The position numbers and the translations under genes are program-made. Under the pieces are notes generated by a model. It did not search any database, was not told where the DNA came from, and saw only the letters and a list, made by a program, of their open reading frames with translations. DNA of 64,000 nucleotides from the human T2T-CHM13v2.0 reference genome, Homo sapiens. This document shows positions 26,287 through 40,378 of this stretch, piece after piece. Where the stretch lies: the NCBI RefSeq assembly GCF_009914755.1, contig NC_060929.1. The stretch is one strand, 5' to 3'. Position 1 is the first letter of the stretch. The number at the start of each line of letters is the position of its first letter.

Positions 26287-26300
26287 CGATGATAGATAGA
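26172..26300 (+). repeat. Compound (AGAT)n tetranucleotide STR
   Basis: Two pure AGAT runs separated by ATAGAT interruptions. Confidence 0.97.
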
Positions 26301-27665
26301 CAGGTATTAGGACACAGACCAGCACAGAGGGAAGACCATGTGAGGACACGGGGAGAAGGTAGTCATCTCCAAGCCAAGAAGGGAAGCCTCAGAAGAAACC
26401 ATGCCTACCAACACCTTGATCTGGGACTTTTACCCTCCAGAAATATGAGGAAGCAAATGTTTGTTCTTTAAGCCACCCAGTTCATGGTACTTCGTCATGG
26501 CTGCCCCAGAAAACTAATATAGGCAGGAATACAGATTCAATTTGACAGAGTAATAGTTTCATTTGGGAGATTTTTTTACCTGAAAAAAAAAAATCAGCTT
26601 TCTATTCTAATATACTGTCTTATTGATCTTTCCCAAGAAGTCCACTTCATATTACTGGAGCTTCTTGTACTGCAACTTGAATATGCCTGAATAGTAAAAA
26701 CCTCCCCACAGAAATTTTAGGTCTGTTATGTTTAGAGGCATCCAACAACCCCTTGCTGAACATGACCCAGCACAAGAATTCTCAGACTGTTTCAAATATA
26801 TTCATAATACCTTATTTATTTAAATATATGCATGCATATATTATAGTGGATATTAAAAATGGCACTTGATAGTTATGGATTAAACTAATGCTTTCCATAA
26901 TTTTTATATAATAGCCACAGAAAATCTGTTTTCCAATCCATGTGTCATATGATGAGCACACATTTGCAGTCACTTCATTTTGCATTCTGCTACTGATCTA
27001 CATTTGCCATCTGCTGGCTCACTAAAAAAACTGTCAATCCTTCTCAGCCATCTTGTATTGTGCTTTATCCTTGCTATCACTTTAAAACATTGACAATGTG
27101 AATATTATATTTTGAATGCCCTTGAATAAATTATTATGTGGGGTCCCAGGCATTTTGCCAGGTTTGAGATGTTTCACCATATTTCTTGGTAATTTGGAAA
27201 TACATAACTTTGTATCCAACTCTTAAACAGGCTCCTTGTTGCCCAAGGTCAGTATATTTATTGGTATGACCAAGGCTGAGAAGACACATTTCCTCTATTT
27301 CAGGCAAACTTCTCCACTTAAGCCTTGAAACAACAGTGACTTATATAGGGAAAGTGAGGAAGCTGAAACCCAGGAAAGTGATGAGACTCAGTCAAAACCT
27401 GAGATAAGAATACAAGGCACAGCTGATGACAACATACACATTGTTTTGCTTTGCTCTGCAACTTCTCTGTCTACAAAATTAGAGATATAGAGATACTGAA
27501 TTGAGGTCACATCAGTCTAATGCTGGAAAAATTCAGCATTCAGAGAAACAGAACAGTCTCAAAATAAAAACTGCAGATACCCTAAAGGTTTCTGGTCAGT
27601 GTAACCTTTATTTTCTTCAGGAATGTGTGGCTCTATCATAATATACTCATTAAGCCCCCACCCTT

Positions 27666-27866
27666 TGGGGTTAGGCAGTCCTGTATGCAAATCCTCATTC
27701 TGTTACTCTGTTATTAGCTGATTTGGGATAAGTTACCAGAACCTCTCCGCCCCAATTTATCTGTAAGACAGGGATGATAATAGTCCATGCTTCATGGTAT
27801 TATTTGAGAGAATGAAGACAATTTACTTCTAATAAGTGTGCAATAAGTGTTCAATGCTACTGTTGT
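27666..27866 (+). mobile_element. MIR
   Basis: caaatcctcattctg...ttgggataagttacc...atctgtaagacagggatgataatag. Confidence 0.7.
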
Positions 27867-29333
27867 ATAATTACTTTATTATACCTCCTCTTACTAATAT
27901 TTATGTGAAAGGTCATATACTCAGAGGATTAGGTCTTGTTTAGGCACCATTTTATATGAGATTTTGTTTACCGTTTGTTTCAATTTACTGGTTCAAAAGC
28001 CAAAGATTTTACCCAGTTCAGATCTTCTGATAAATAGGACAAAGGGAAATTCCCCTATTGTAGAGCTTATAAAGACAAGAAAGTATTAGTAGAAAATGAA
28101 ACCATTTTATATAATTCAATATCTTGATGATCTAATCATCCAACATAATTAAGCACAGAGAGATATAGATACACGCAAGTACATACAATACACACTGTCA
28201 CAGGAACTATAGCTACACATTACAGCGTGGAGTGGTTTTGCTGTTAATCAATTCCTGATAATTACTTTATTAGAAAGTTCTCATTCATCAGAGGAGTGGG
28301 TATAGTCTGTTTTTTGGTTGGTTTCTGCATTATTCTGATTCATTATTGCAACCTACACTAAAACCCCATGAGTCACCTACTACATGCAGAATTAGTCACT
28401 TCACAAATCAGAAATTGCACACTACTGCACAGAATCTGTTGCCCCTGGACTTATACATACATATTTCATCAGACTGAATTTGCTGCTTCTAAATAGTTCT
28501 CTACTTTCTCTTTCATATGTCATGGAAGCACTGGAATTGGGGGATGGGAGTGGGTCTCTCTCTACCATACTCAAGCTGTGAATTTATTGTCAACATAGCC
28601 TACTACAAAAACACTAGGAAAAATATGTCTACTATGTTTTTCTTATTGGCTTTAGACAGCAAAAAGAATAACTTTGAACCCAGGAAATATTAGCACATTA
28701 CTCCTATAAACTTTGCTTTATGGTGACCCTTTTTTTCCAGGGTCACTTTCACTCAATATCTGAAGGAACTTAGTTTAAGGATTATCCATCGACTGCCAGG
28801 GTGGGGATTTTACTCTTTACCTTTTCTGTGGTTAGCTGCACATCAATTATTCTGTACCTCTTTGCAGAGATCTCAGGTCTATGCTTTTCTTCAAATAAAA
28901 AAGGTACTCTAAAGTCTAATGATTAGGTCCTAGCTGACACTTTCTATTCAGTGTTTTCAAAGAATTAAATAAATGATGGGTGAGCTTCCTTGCCCTTCTG
29001 TGAAAAAACTGTAACACTGATAACTGTCCTTTCAGTCTGACCCAACCTGAACATGACACCCCCAATAGTCTGAAATCTTGCTTGGCTTACAGTAAACTAC
29101 ACCTCTATTGCTTCCCTTTAATATTCTCACCTGGACCACTGCACGATACCAGCTCATTCTATGCTGAGCTATATGAGACACTTGTCAATGTCTCCAGGCT
29201 AGGGTAGATAAACAAGGTGGAAACTTTAGTCTTAAAAATCTAGAGGCCAGTTGAAATGATATCTTGCATTTTTTCATTCTCTACTAAAAACAGTATATGC
29301 AAGTTAATATATGATTACATTGGTTTTACCCTT

Positions 29334-29827
29334 TGTATAAGATTCCCATTGCTACTGAACAAATTATCACAGTCTTTTCTGGTTTGTAACAACACAAATG
29401 TAGATCTTACAGTTCTGGTAGTCAAATGTCTGAAATGGTTTTCACTAGGCTATAATCAAGATGTTGGCGGGTGCATTCCTTTCTGGAAGCCCAGGGAAAA
29501 ATCTGTGTCCTTGCCTTTTCCATCTCCTAAGGGCTGCCCTCATTCCCTGGCCCATAGCCCCTTCCTTTATCTTCAAAGCCAGCAACATAGGGCCAAATTC
29601 TTCTCAAAATACTGTCTGTAGTTCTTTCTTCCCCTTTTAAGGACTTTGTGTTTATATTTGGACCCACTCAAATAATGCTAGATAATCACTCTATTTTGAC
29701 ATCAGCTGGTTAGCAATCTTAATTCTATCTGCAACTTTAATTCCTCACTTTCCACATAACTTATTTATAGGTTCTGAGGATTAGGACATGAACATCATTG
29801 AGGGGGGGCAATATTCTGCCTACCATG
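29334..29827 (-). mobile_element. MLT1C/D solo LTR
   Basis: aacaacacaaatg...cttacagttctgg...atcttcaaagccagcaa...ggattaggacatg...attctgcctacca. Confidence 0.85.
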
Positions 29828-31269
29828 TCTCTTATGAATAATTCTTTGAAATTTTAGGTAGTTTTGATAGTCCAGTTCTAGGGAGAAGCAAGCACGAAGT
29901 GTTTTATTTACAATGAGCAAATGATTTCAAAAAACAGTGCAGGGAGGGTCTAGCTCCTTTTAGGGAGGTCTCTAGATGGAAATGATTGGCAGAGATGAAG
30001 CCAAGTTGTAATTTCATTTCCTCACTGATGGATTCAACAGGCTGATCACTCTCAATAGCAATATTAAGTAGGAAGACATCACAGTATTTTGAAAATGTTT
30101 CCTCAAAGGAACTTCACAAATTCATTAGGCTAAAGCAAAATTTATTTTTCTTAAGAAAGTGACAAGAAGATATTTTGTGACTTGAGAACAATAGCTTGCC
30201 AAAGCTTATTTCTGCCTTCTTTCAAGAAAAAAATTGTAAAATCCTTTCATGGATGTTTGGTTTCAGGTAGATAGACAATAAAGTACAGTTTGAGGGAGCC
30301 TCTGCCAACACATTAGAAGAACATTTAATGTGCATTAAAATTACTACGGTTTACCTGAACTATCACACATATTGTGGCATAAAACCTATTGGCAAAGGCT
30401 GACATTTCTAGAAGAAAACATAAGGCACATAACATTTTAAAACCTAACTTATTGGAAAACTTTAATTTTGAAAATAAAAAAGAAATTGCAAATTATATTA
30501 AAATACCAAGGATTAGAAGTCTAATTCAAGCCAGAAGCACATGAAATTCAAATATGGCTCTACTCATCACTCTCTGTGCGTATGCATAAAGTGTTTTCAG
30601 AAAAACTTCATAGTTTAAAGAGAAACTTAGAAGAATTCAAAATTAAACATACCCTTGAATATTTACCAACTTCCGCCCTGAAGGAATACAATCTGGCTAA
30701 TGAATTTTTGTTAGTAGTCTGACACTTACTAATACTCCAAAAGTAAAATTAGTAACCTTGATCTCTTATTCAGATCTTGTTCTACGATTTGAAACAAATA
30801 CAGGAAATATTGCAATGATTTATACTGGAATATTTTCCATATTAAAGTGAAAGTTACAGATGAGTAGATGGCATTTTTTAAGAAACTTATTTGTACTGTT
30901 ATCATATACATAATGTATGAAGTGATAGTACCTATCGTACCTGTCTCATTTCCTCCTCAAAACCCCTTATTTCTCCATGTCTAATATTTGCCCAAAAGAA
31001 ATGTATGTCTTTGAATTCAGTATTGTCTTTTAGGAATTTTCCTTCGGTAAAATTCAAGCATTCCTGAGATTCTTATCATTTGTCTTATGATTTTATGATA
31101 ATGACAATAAATAAATAATAACAATTAAAATGTACTGGTTAACTAGTACTACGCTAGCAATATAGCTGTGTCATCAGATCCTCCCCACAACCCTGCGACA
31201 GGTTTTCTTAAGGTTCTTGGTTGCAAGCAAGAGAAGTCAAAAATGATTGCTGTAAGTGTGAATGCAGTG

Positions 31270-33560
31270 TCCACAGAAAACACTCTAAGAAGAACATGCC
31301 TAAATTACTGAGTAAAACCATTAAAAACATGCTTATATTGTTTAGCTGATTGGAAGCAACAATAAAGAACAAATCAGTAGATAATTGATCAGCAGAAGTC
31401 AATGTTCATGGCAGAACTTATGGTTATCCCCAATAACAAAAAGATTGCTTGAGAAGGGACACAAAGAACAGGCAACAAAGACTAGAGTCCAAGCAAGGTA
31501 AGAGATTGAATAAATGGCTTTTCACTTGCAAAATCCCAGAACCACTAAAGAGTCATGTATTGAAGGGATGCTACATGCTCTGAAATGTATTTTTGTTGTT
31601 GTTGTTGTTGGAAAACAAACCCATTTTACAAATGTAGGCAAAATTGTTGCCTTGGCTAGTGAAGATGAGAGATGAAGAAAAATCTTCCATGAGAATCCTA
31701 AACCCTAGTCTCTGATCAACCAAACAGGGCTCAAATTTAAATTACACATGTGGCATAAAAACAAAATAAAACAAGAACACTCAGAAATTTTTATTTAAAT
31801 GTGGGATAAGAGAAGATCAAAGATAACAGGTCTGTAAGACAATCTAGACCTGAAACAAATAGCATATTACTAGAAATAAGATCACGGCTTATCAATAAAA
31901 GGTTCAATGCACCAGAAGTTTACTCTATAATATAGCTTTGAATTTAAAAAAAAAAAAAAAAAACTTGAAAAGACTTCAAGGAGAAACTGACTAGTACATT
32001 ACATTGGGACATTTTAAACATACAGTGTCAATAAATCAAGAAGAAAAATATTTGTAAAATACAGAAAAATATAGAAGTCTTCTACAAAAAACATAATATT
32101 GAAAAGACATGAACAATACAAAACTATTACATATGAAATTTAGTGGATACTGGTAGAACAGGGCTTAGAAGAAAATTAATACCTTTAATGCATATTTCTA
32201 AAAGAAGAAAAGCAAAATATAAATGAGCAAAGAATAAAATTTTAAGAAATTAGAGAATGGACAATGGGATAAACCAAACAAAATGATCAAAGTAAATCAT
32301 AAAGTAATGAAATTAAAAGTATAATCTAAAAGACAATAACAGCAAAATTAAAAGAAAATTCTGTCAAATAATAAATTAATAAATTTCTTGTAATATTTAT
32401 AAAGAAAGAAAAGGTGAGAAATCACAAACAAACTTTAGAAATGAGAAAGAAAATGGTATTAGGATTCTCTACAAAAGGAGAACCAATAGGACATATAGAT
32501 AGGTATAGATATAAATATACAGCTGTATAAGAGGGGACGGATTATGGGAATTGGCTCAAATGATGCTCAAATGATTATTGAGGGTGAGAAGTCCCATGAC
32601 TTGCCATCTGCAAGCTGGAAAACCACAGGACTTGGTGGTGTAATTCAGTGTGAGTCTAAAGGGCTGGGAATCAGGGGATCAGCTGCTGTTAAGTCCCAGA
32701 GTGTGAAGACTCAAGGACCTGGAGTTCCCATGTCCAAAGGCAGGAAAACATGAATGTCTCAACTCCAGAAGAGAGATAACTCACTTTCCTCTGCCTTTCT
32801 GTCCTCAATGGATTAGATGGTGTCCACCTACATTGGGTGAGGGCAGATTTCCTTACTGGGTCCACTGATTCAAATGCCAATATCTTCTGAAAACTCCCTA
32901 ACAAACATATCCAGAAATAAAGTGTGGCCAGCTGTCTGGGTATCCTTTAACCCTGTCCGCTTGACACTTAAAGTTAACCATCGCAGGGACTAAATGGAGT
33001 TGTAGCAAAGATTATAAGGAATATTACAATTGACATCACTATGAAATTCGATTTTTTTAATTGACAAATTTCTAGAAAAAGAATTGCTTAAAAGTGCTCA
33101 AGAATTAGGAAAACATTCATAACTCTAGAACCAGTAAAGATACTAAATTATGTCGATATTTAAAAACTTTCTAAAAGAAAACATTAGTTACAGAAGTTTC
33201 AATAGTTAGGATCTACCATATATGCAAGGTAAATATAATTGAAAAAAAAAAAAAGAGGAAATATTTCTAAACTCATTTTATAAGGTTAGCATGCTAGAAA
33301 CCTTGTAACAATGAAAATATTTTTAAAAATATAGCAAGTTTAAGAATATTGATGCTAAACCTCAAGGTGAAATATTAGGCAACTGAATGTAGCAATGAAT
33401 CAAAAGGATAATAAACATATCATGACTAAGACAGATTTAATCCAAAAATGCAAAATTGGCTCACTTTTATAATTCATATTTTTATAATTCCCTCAAAATG
33501 TGCAAGAAAAAATATTAGTTTTTAACATAAGAAAATACAAAAACAGGTTCTCACCAGGCT
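31270..33560 (+). mobile_element. Degraded old L1 (L1ME-type), split by MLT2
   Basis: A-rich sequence with decayed ORF2 motifs (gaaaattaatacctttaatgcatat; gacaaatttctagaaaaa; aaactcattttataagg). Confidence 0.55.
32454..32985 (-). mobile_element. MLT2B ERVL solo LTR
   Basis: gaaccaatagga...gagaagtcccatga...tctgcaagctgga...ttgacacttaaagttaaccatcgca. Confidence 0.88.
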
Positions 33561-33564
33561 AACT

Positions 33565-36500
33565 TAAATAGATAAAATTTCTAATATCAGAAATGAAAGG
33601 GCGTCACTACAGACCTCATATGCATTAAAATGGTAATAAATCAATGCTATAAACAACTCTATGCCCAAATTTGATAATTTAGATGAAATGAACCAATTCC
33701 TTGCAAGACAAAATCCACTAAAACTCGCAAAAGGACAAATAGACAATCTGAATAGGCACATAACAATGAAATAAATTGAATTGATAGCACCAGACCCAGA
33801 TGGGTTCACTAATTCTAGCAAACATTTAAGGAATGAATTGTACTAATTCTCTACAATCTCTTTCAGAAGATAGAAGGGAATAGTTCTTAACATTCTATGA
33901 GGCCAACTATCAGAGCATCAAAACCAGATGAAGACATTACAAGAAGCTACACACGAATATATCTCATGAACATATATGCAAAAATCCGCAACAAAATATT
34001 AGCAAAATTAGTCCAACACTGTATAAAAAATGTACACTATGACCAAATGGGATTGACATCAGATATGCAAGACTGGTTTGACTTTTGAAAATCAATTTGC
34101 ATAACACATCGCATCAAGAGGTTAAAGAAGAAAAACCATATAATCACCTTAATAGATACAGAAAAAGCATTTGACAAAATCTAACGCTGATTCACGATAC
34201 AAACCAGGAATAAAGGAGAACTTTGTCAACATGATAAATAACTAGAAAAAAAAAACTACAACTTGACTTAATGTCAAGAAACTCAAAGCTTTCTCAGGAT
34301 ATAAAGACAAGAATGTCACTCTCCCCACTCCCTTTCAACATCATACTGGAAGCCCTAGCTAATGCAATAAGACCAGAAGTGGTAATTGTTTTTATGAAAA
34401 AAAAAACATTTTATGGCCTTAGAACCAGCAAAGATATTATTCTCTTCATCTTTAAGGGAAAAAAGAAATAAAACTGTCTTTGTTTGCAGATGACATAATC
34501 ATCTTTGTAGAAAATCCTCCAAGATCAATAACAACAAAAAAATCCCTGGAATTAATAAGCAATTATAGCAAGGTTGCAGACACAAAGTTAATATACAAAA
34601 GTCAATCATTTTTCTGTATATCAGTATTGAACAAGTTCAATTTGAAATTTAAAACACAGTATCATTTCAATCAGCACTGCAAAAAAATGAAATACTTAGG
34701 TATAAATATGGAAAACTACAAAACTCTGATGACAGAAATCAAAGAACAAAACAGAGAGGTATTTCACGTTCATAGATGACTCAATATTGTAATGATGTTC
34801 ATTCTTCCCAACTTGACCTACAGATTTAATGCAATCCCAATCAATACCCCAGCAAGTTATACTATAGATATCAACAAACTGCTTCTAAAGTGTATATAGA
34901 AAAGAAAAAAAACCCAGAATAGCCAACACAATATTAAAGAAGAACAAAGTTGGAGAAGTAACACTACTTTAAGATTTAATAGAAAAGTACAGCAATTAAG
35001 ACAGCACAGTAGTGGCAAAAGAATAAACAAATTGCTCAGTGGAATAAGATAAAGGGCCCAGAAATAGACTCACATAAATATAATCAAATTATCTTTGACA
35101 AAGAAACAAAGGCAATGTAATTTTTTAAAAGTTGTCTTTTCAACAAATGGTGCTGGAAGAAATAGAAATCCAAATGCAAAGAAATGAATCTAGACTTAAA
35201 CACCTTCTTAAAAATTAATTCAAAACAGATCATAGACCTAAATATAAAACCTTTTAGAAGATAACATAGAAAATCTACATGGCATTGGGCTTGGCAATAA
35301 CTGTTTAGGTACAACATCACTGGATGATTCAGGAAGGAAAGAAAGAAGTTGAACTTCATCAAAATTAAAAATTTATGCTCTGCAAAAGATAATGTCAAGA
35401 AAATAGGTAGATAAGCCACAAACTGGGAGAAGATGTTTGCAAAAGACATATCTGATAAAGGACTGCTATCCAAAATAGACAACTCTGAAAACTCAGCAAT
35501 AAGAAAACAAACATTCTCATTTAAAAAATGGGTAAAATACATTAACAGATACCTCATCAAAGATATACAGATGACAAACATATGAAAAGATGTTCCACAT
35601 CATATATCAGGGAAAAGCAAACTAACAAAGAGATAACCACTACACACCTATTAGAATTGCCAAAATCCAGGACACTGACAACACCAAATGCTGGCAAGCA
35701 TATGGAGCAATAGAAATTCTCATTTCTTACTGGTATGAATGCAAAACAGTACAGCCACTTTAGAAAATAGTTTGCAAGTTCCTTACAAAACTAAACATAC
35801 TGTTATCATATGTTCCAGCTCTCACATTCCTTGGCTTTTACCGAAAGAAATTGAAAACTTATATCCACACAAAACCTGTACACAGATGTTTAGAGAAGTT
35901 TTATTCAAAATTGCCAAAACTTGAAGTAAGATGTCTCGTAAGCGAAGGGATAAATAAATTGTGGTACATACAGATGAAGGAATATATTCAGCACTGAAAC
36001 GAAATGAGGTATCAAGTCATGAAAGATATGGAGGAGACTTAATTACATATTACTAACTGAAAGAAGACAATCTGAAAAGGCTGCATACTGTATGATTCCA
36101 ACTCTATGACATTCTGAAAAAGGCAAAATGATGGAGAAAGTGAAAAGATCAGTGGTTCCTAGTGGTTTAGGGTAGAGATGGGTGAACAAATGAAGCACAG
36201 AGGATTTTTAGGGCAGTAAAATTATTCTGTACATACATTATTTGTACATAGATTAATTGAACATAATTATGTACAAAATTATGAGCATGATTATGAATAT
36301 AATTATGTAAATAATTAACATTAATTGTACATAATTATTTGTACATACATTAATTGAAGATACATGTCACAATAGATTGATCCAAACCTAAAGAATATAC
36401 AACACCACGAGTGAACCCTAATGTAAACTATGGATTTGGGTGATAATGGTGTGTCAACGTAAGTTCATCACCTGTAGCAAATGTGCCACTATGGTGACAT

Positions 36501-36612
36501 TGATAATGAGGAAGAGGAAGAGGATGAGACGGGGGTATAGGAAATCACTGTACCTTCTCCTCAAATTTGCTGTGAATCTAAAACTGCTCTAAAAAAAAAA
36601 AATAATAAAGTT
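33565..36612 (+). mobile_element. L1MC1/2-type ORF2 and 3'UTR, 5'-truncated
   Basis: ORF2 remnants (LSPLPFNIILEALANAIR, MFADDIIIFVENP); 3' end gagtgaaccctaatgtaaactatgga...gctgtgaatctaaaactgctctaaaaa. Confidence 0.85.
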
Positions 36613-37294
36613 CGTGTAAACATACACACACAGAAAAAAAAAAGAACCCTGAAAACTAGAAGAAACTAAAAGAAAAAAAAAAGACCCATTTTATGGCCCT
36701 GGAGTCAGTAAAGACATTACATTGTTATCTTGATCTTTAAGGGAAGGAAGAAATAAAAGTTTTTGTTTGCAGATGACATGAAATCATCCTTGTAGAAACC
36801 TCCTCAACTTGTTACAGACTATGTGAAAAACAAAAGAAAATAAACTATGACAAACATTTCAATTATTTATAAACAATTAAAGCATTTCTTTAAATCCAAA
36901 ACAGGACAAGGGTGCCAACTATCACCATTTCATTCAACACTGCTCACAACACACAAACACGAGAGCAGGGGACAGTGAACTCGTAAGAAGTATGAGGGGT
37001 GCCTAAGAAAAAAGCCACAGTCTTTGAAGTCAGTAAATCCAACACACACTGAAGTGAAGAGAATTCTGCAAAGACATGTAAACCAGGAAAGAAGTGGGGA
37101 GACATTTTAGAGGTATAAAAGAAAGGAAGAAAAGAAGAAAGGTAAGAGAAAGAAGAAAGGTATAAGGTTTAAAAAAGAAACATAACATTTATTGGCAGCT
37201 GATATAAATGCCTTCACAGAAAACTCAAATTAATCTATGTATTGAAAAATTATTAGAATGAAAAATGTTTTAATAAAGATTTGAAAAGTGACAT

Positions 37295-40200
37295 TCTATC
37301 TTTTCAACAAATGGTGCTGAGAAAACTGGATATCCACATGCAAAAGAATGAAGTTACACCTTTACCTAAGACAATATACAAAAATCAACTAAAAATGGTT
37401 CAAAAGACATAAATTGAACAGCAAAAATTTTAAAACTCTTAGAAGAAAACATTAGCGTAAATCTTCATCGCATTAGATTTGCAATGATTTTATGATGTAA
37501 CACCGAAAGCACAGGCAACAAAACAAAAAATAAATGAATTGCACTACACAGAAATGAAACGTGCGCATCAAAGGACACAATCAACAAAGTGTAAAGGCAA
37601 CCCATGGAATTGGAGATGATACTTACAAATCATTTATCTGTTAAACAGTTAATATCCCTAATACATAAACAAACTCCTACCACTCAACAGCAAAATGTTT
37701 TTAAATAAGCAAAAGATTTAAATAGACGTTTCTCCAAAGAAGACATATAAATGGCCAATAAACATATGAAAAGATGCTCAATATCATTAGTCATTAGGGA
37801 AATGAAAATCAAAACCACAATGAGATACCACTTTACACATATTAGTATGGCTATAACTTCTTTAAAAATGGTAATAATGTACATAAATAGAAACCCTTAT
37901 GCATTGCTAGAAGGAGTATAAAATGGTATAAGCCTCTATGGAGAACAGTTTGGTGGTTTCTCAACAAGTTCAGCATAAACCTATAATATGACCCAGCAAC
38001 TCCATATGGAATATATGGCAGCATTATTCACAAGAGCCAAAAGGTGTATACAATCTAAGTGTTCACTAATACATGAATAGACAAACAAAAGTATGTACAT
38101 TCAATAGAATATTGTTCATCCATAATAAGAAACAAGGAAGTGATAGCCAGAGCAATCAGGCAAGAGAAACAAAAGGGATCCAAATAGAAAAAAAAAAAAA
38201 TCAAACTATCTCTCTTCACTAGTGATATGATCCTATACCTAGAAAACCCTAAAAACTCCACAAAAAAAGACTCTGGAACAAATAAACAATTTTAGTGATG
38301 TTTCTGAATACAAACTCAATGAACAAAATCAGTAGCATTTCTATATACCAATAAGGCTGAGAGTCAAATCAAGAACACAATCCCATTTACAATAGCCACA
38401 AATAAAATGAAATACCTAGGAATATAGCTAACCAAGAAGGTGAAAGATCTCTACAAGGAGAACTATAAAACACTACTGAAAGACATCAGAGATGACATAA
38501 ATGAATGGAAAAACATCCCATGCTCATGGATTGGAAGTATCAATATTGTTAAAATGGCTATAATGCCCAAAGCAATATATAGATTCGACCCTATTCTCAG
38601 CAAACTACCAATGTTGTTCTTAACAGAATTGTTTAAAACCATTCAAAAATTCATATGGAATCAAAAACGAACCCTCAAATCCAAAGCAATCCTAAGTTAA
38701 AAGAACAAAGCCAGAAGTATCACAATACCTGGCTTCAAATTATAAGGCTGTAGTAACCAAAACAGCTTGGTACTGGTACAAAAACAGACACACAGACCAA
38801 TGGAACAGAATAGAAAACTCAGAGATAAAGTCACACACGTACAACTATCTGATCTTAGACAAGGACAGCAAAAACAAGCAATGGGGAAATGACCGTCTGT
38901 TCAATATATGGTGCTGGGATAACTAGCCATATGCAGAAGAATTAAACTGAACCTTTATCTTTCACTATACACAAAAAATTAACTCAAGATTGATTAAAGA
39001 CTTAAATGTAAGATCTAAAACTGTAAAATCCTAGAATAAAATATAGGAAATACTCTTCTTGACATCAGCCTTAGCAAAGAATTTTTGACTAAGTCCCCAA
39101 AAGCAATTGCCAGAAAAACAAAAATTGATAAATGGGATCTAATGAAACTGCAGTGCCTCTGCACTGCAAAAGAAACAGAGTAAACAGACAGCTTACAGAA
39201 TAGGAGAAAATATTCACAAACTATGCATCTGACAAAGGTCTAATATCCAAAATCTTTAAGAAGTGTAAATCAACAAGCAAAAAACAAATAACCTTATTAA
39301 AAATGAGCAAAGAATATGAATGTACGCCTCTCAAAAGACAACATAGAAGCAGCCAACAAACATGAACAACTGTTCATCACTAATTATCAGAGTGAGATAC
39401 CATCTTGCACCACTCAGAATGCCTATTATTCAAAAAAAAAAAAAGATGCTGGTGAGGCTACAGAGAAAAGAAAATGCTTACACACTGTTGGTGGGGATGT
39501 CAATTGGTTCACTGTGAAAAGTGAAAAGAGACTGGATATATATCCAAAGGAAAATAGATCACTATATCAAAAAGGCACATGCACACATATGTTCATCACT
39601 GTGCTATTCACAATAGCAAAGATATGGTATCAACCTAGGTACCCATCAGTGGTAGACTAGATAAAAATTATGTGGTACATATATACCATTGAATATTACA
39701 CAGCCACAAAAAAGAATGAAATCATGTCCTTTGCAGCAACAGGGATGGACCTGGAGGCCATAATCCTAAGAAAACTAACACAGGAACAGAAAACCAAATA
39801 CCCCAAGTTCCCACTTATAAGTGGGAATGAAACATTGAGCACCCATGGAAAAAAACATGGGGACAATAGACACTGTCAACTATTAGAGATGGGACGGAGG
39901 GAGTAGAGAGGCATAGGTCAAAAAACTACCGATTGGGTACTAGGTTCACTACTTGTGTGCCATATACCCGTACAACAAACCTGCACAAGTTCCCTATGCA
40001 TCTAAAAGTTGAAAAGAAAAAAATGAAATTTTGACACAGGCAACAACATGGATATACTTTGAAATATTATGCTAAGTGAACGTAGCCAGATACAGAAGGA
40101 CATCTATTACACGATCCCACTTATATGAGGTAACTAGAATAGGCAAATTCCTAGAGACAGGAAGTAGAACAGAATTATGAAGGGCAGTGAAGAGGGAGGA

Positions 40201-40378
40201 ACGGGGATTTATGTTTAATGACTACAGAGTTTATATTGCGGATAATGAAAAAGTTTTGCAGATCGATGGTGGCAATGGTTAATGCAACATCATGAATGTA
40301 CTTAATGTCACTGAATTATATATACTTACAAATAGTTAAAATATTAAATACTCTGTTATGTATATTTTACAATAAAAA
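37295..40378 (+). mobile_element. L1MB-type 3' region, interrupted by L1PA (38135-40022)
   Basis: tcttttcaacaaatggtgctg...attgttcatccata | atgaaattttgacac...gtacttaatgtcactgaatt...tattttacaataaaaa. Confidence 0.8.
38135..40022 (+). mobile_element. 5'-truncated L1PA16/17-like element
   Basis: ORF2 [29 protein letters not shown] and MWYIYTIEYY; 3' end acaaacctgcac...aaagttgaaaa. Confidence 0.88.

Larger units (their letters stand above)
25713..26521 (+). mobile_element. MLT1B-type LTR, interrupted by an Alu and STR
   Basis: tgttatggcctgaat...cttataagaagagg | ggacacagac...tttaagccacccag...aaactaatata. Confidence 0.85.

Noticed and set aside
26172-26300. Identification as a named forensic STR
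   Set aside because: The structure does not match any locus I can recall with confidence
35084-35581. 165-aa hydrophobic minus-strand ORF
   Set aside because: Antisense reading of A-rich L1MC ORF2
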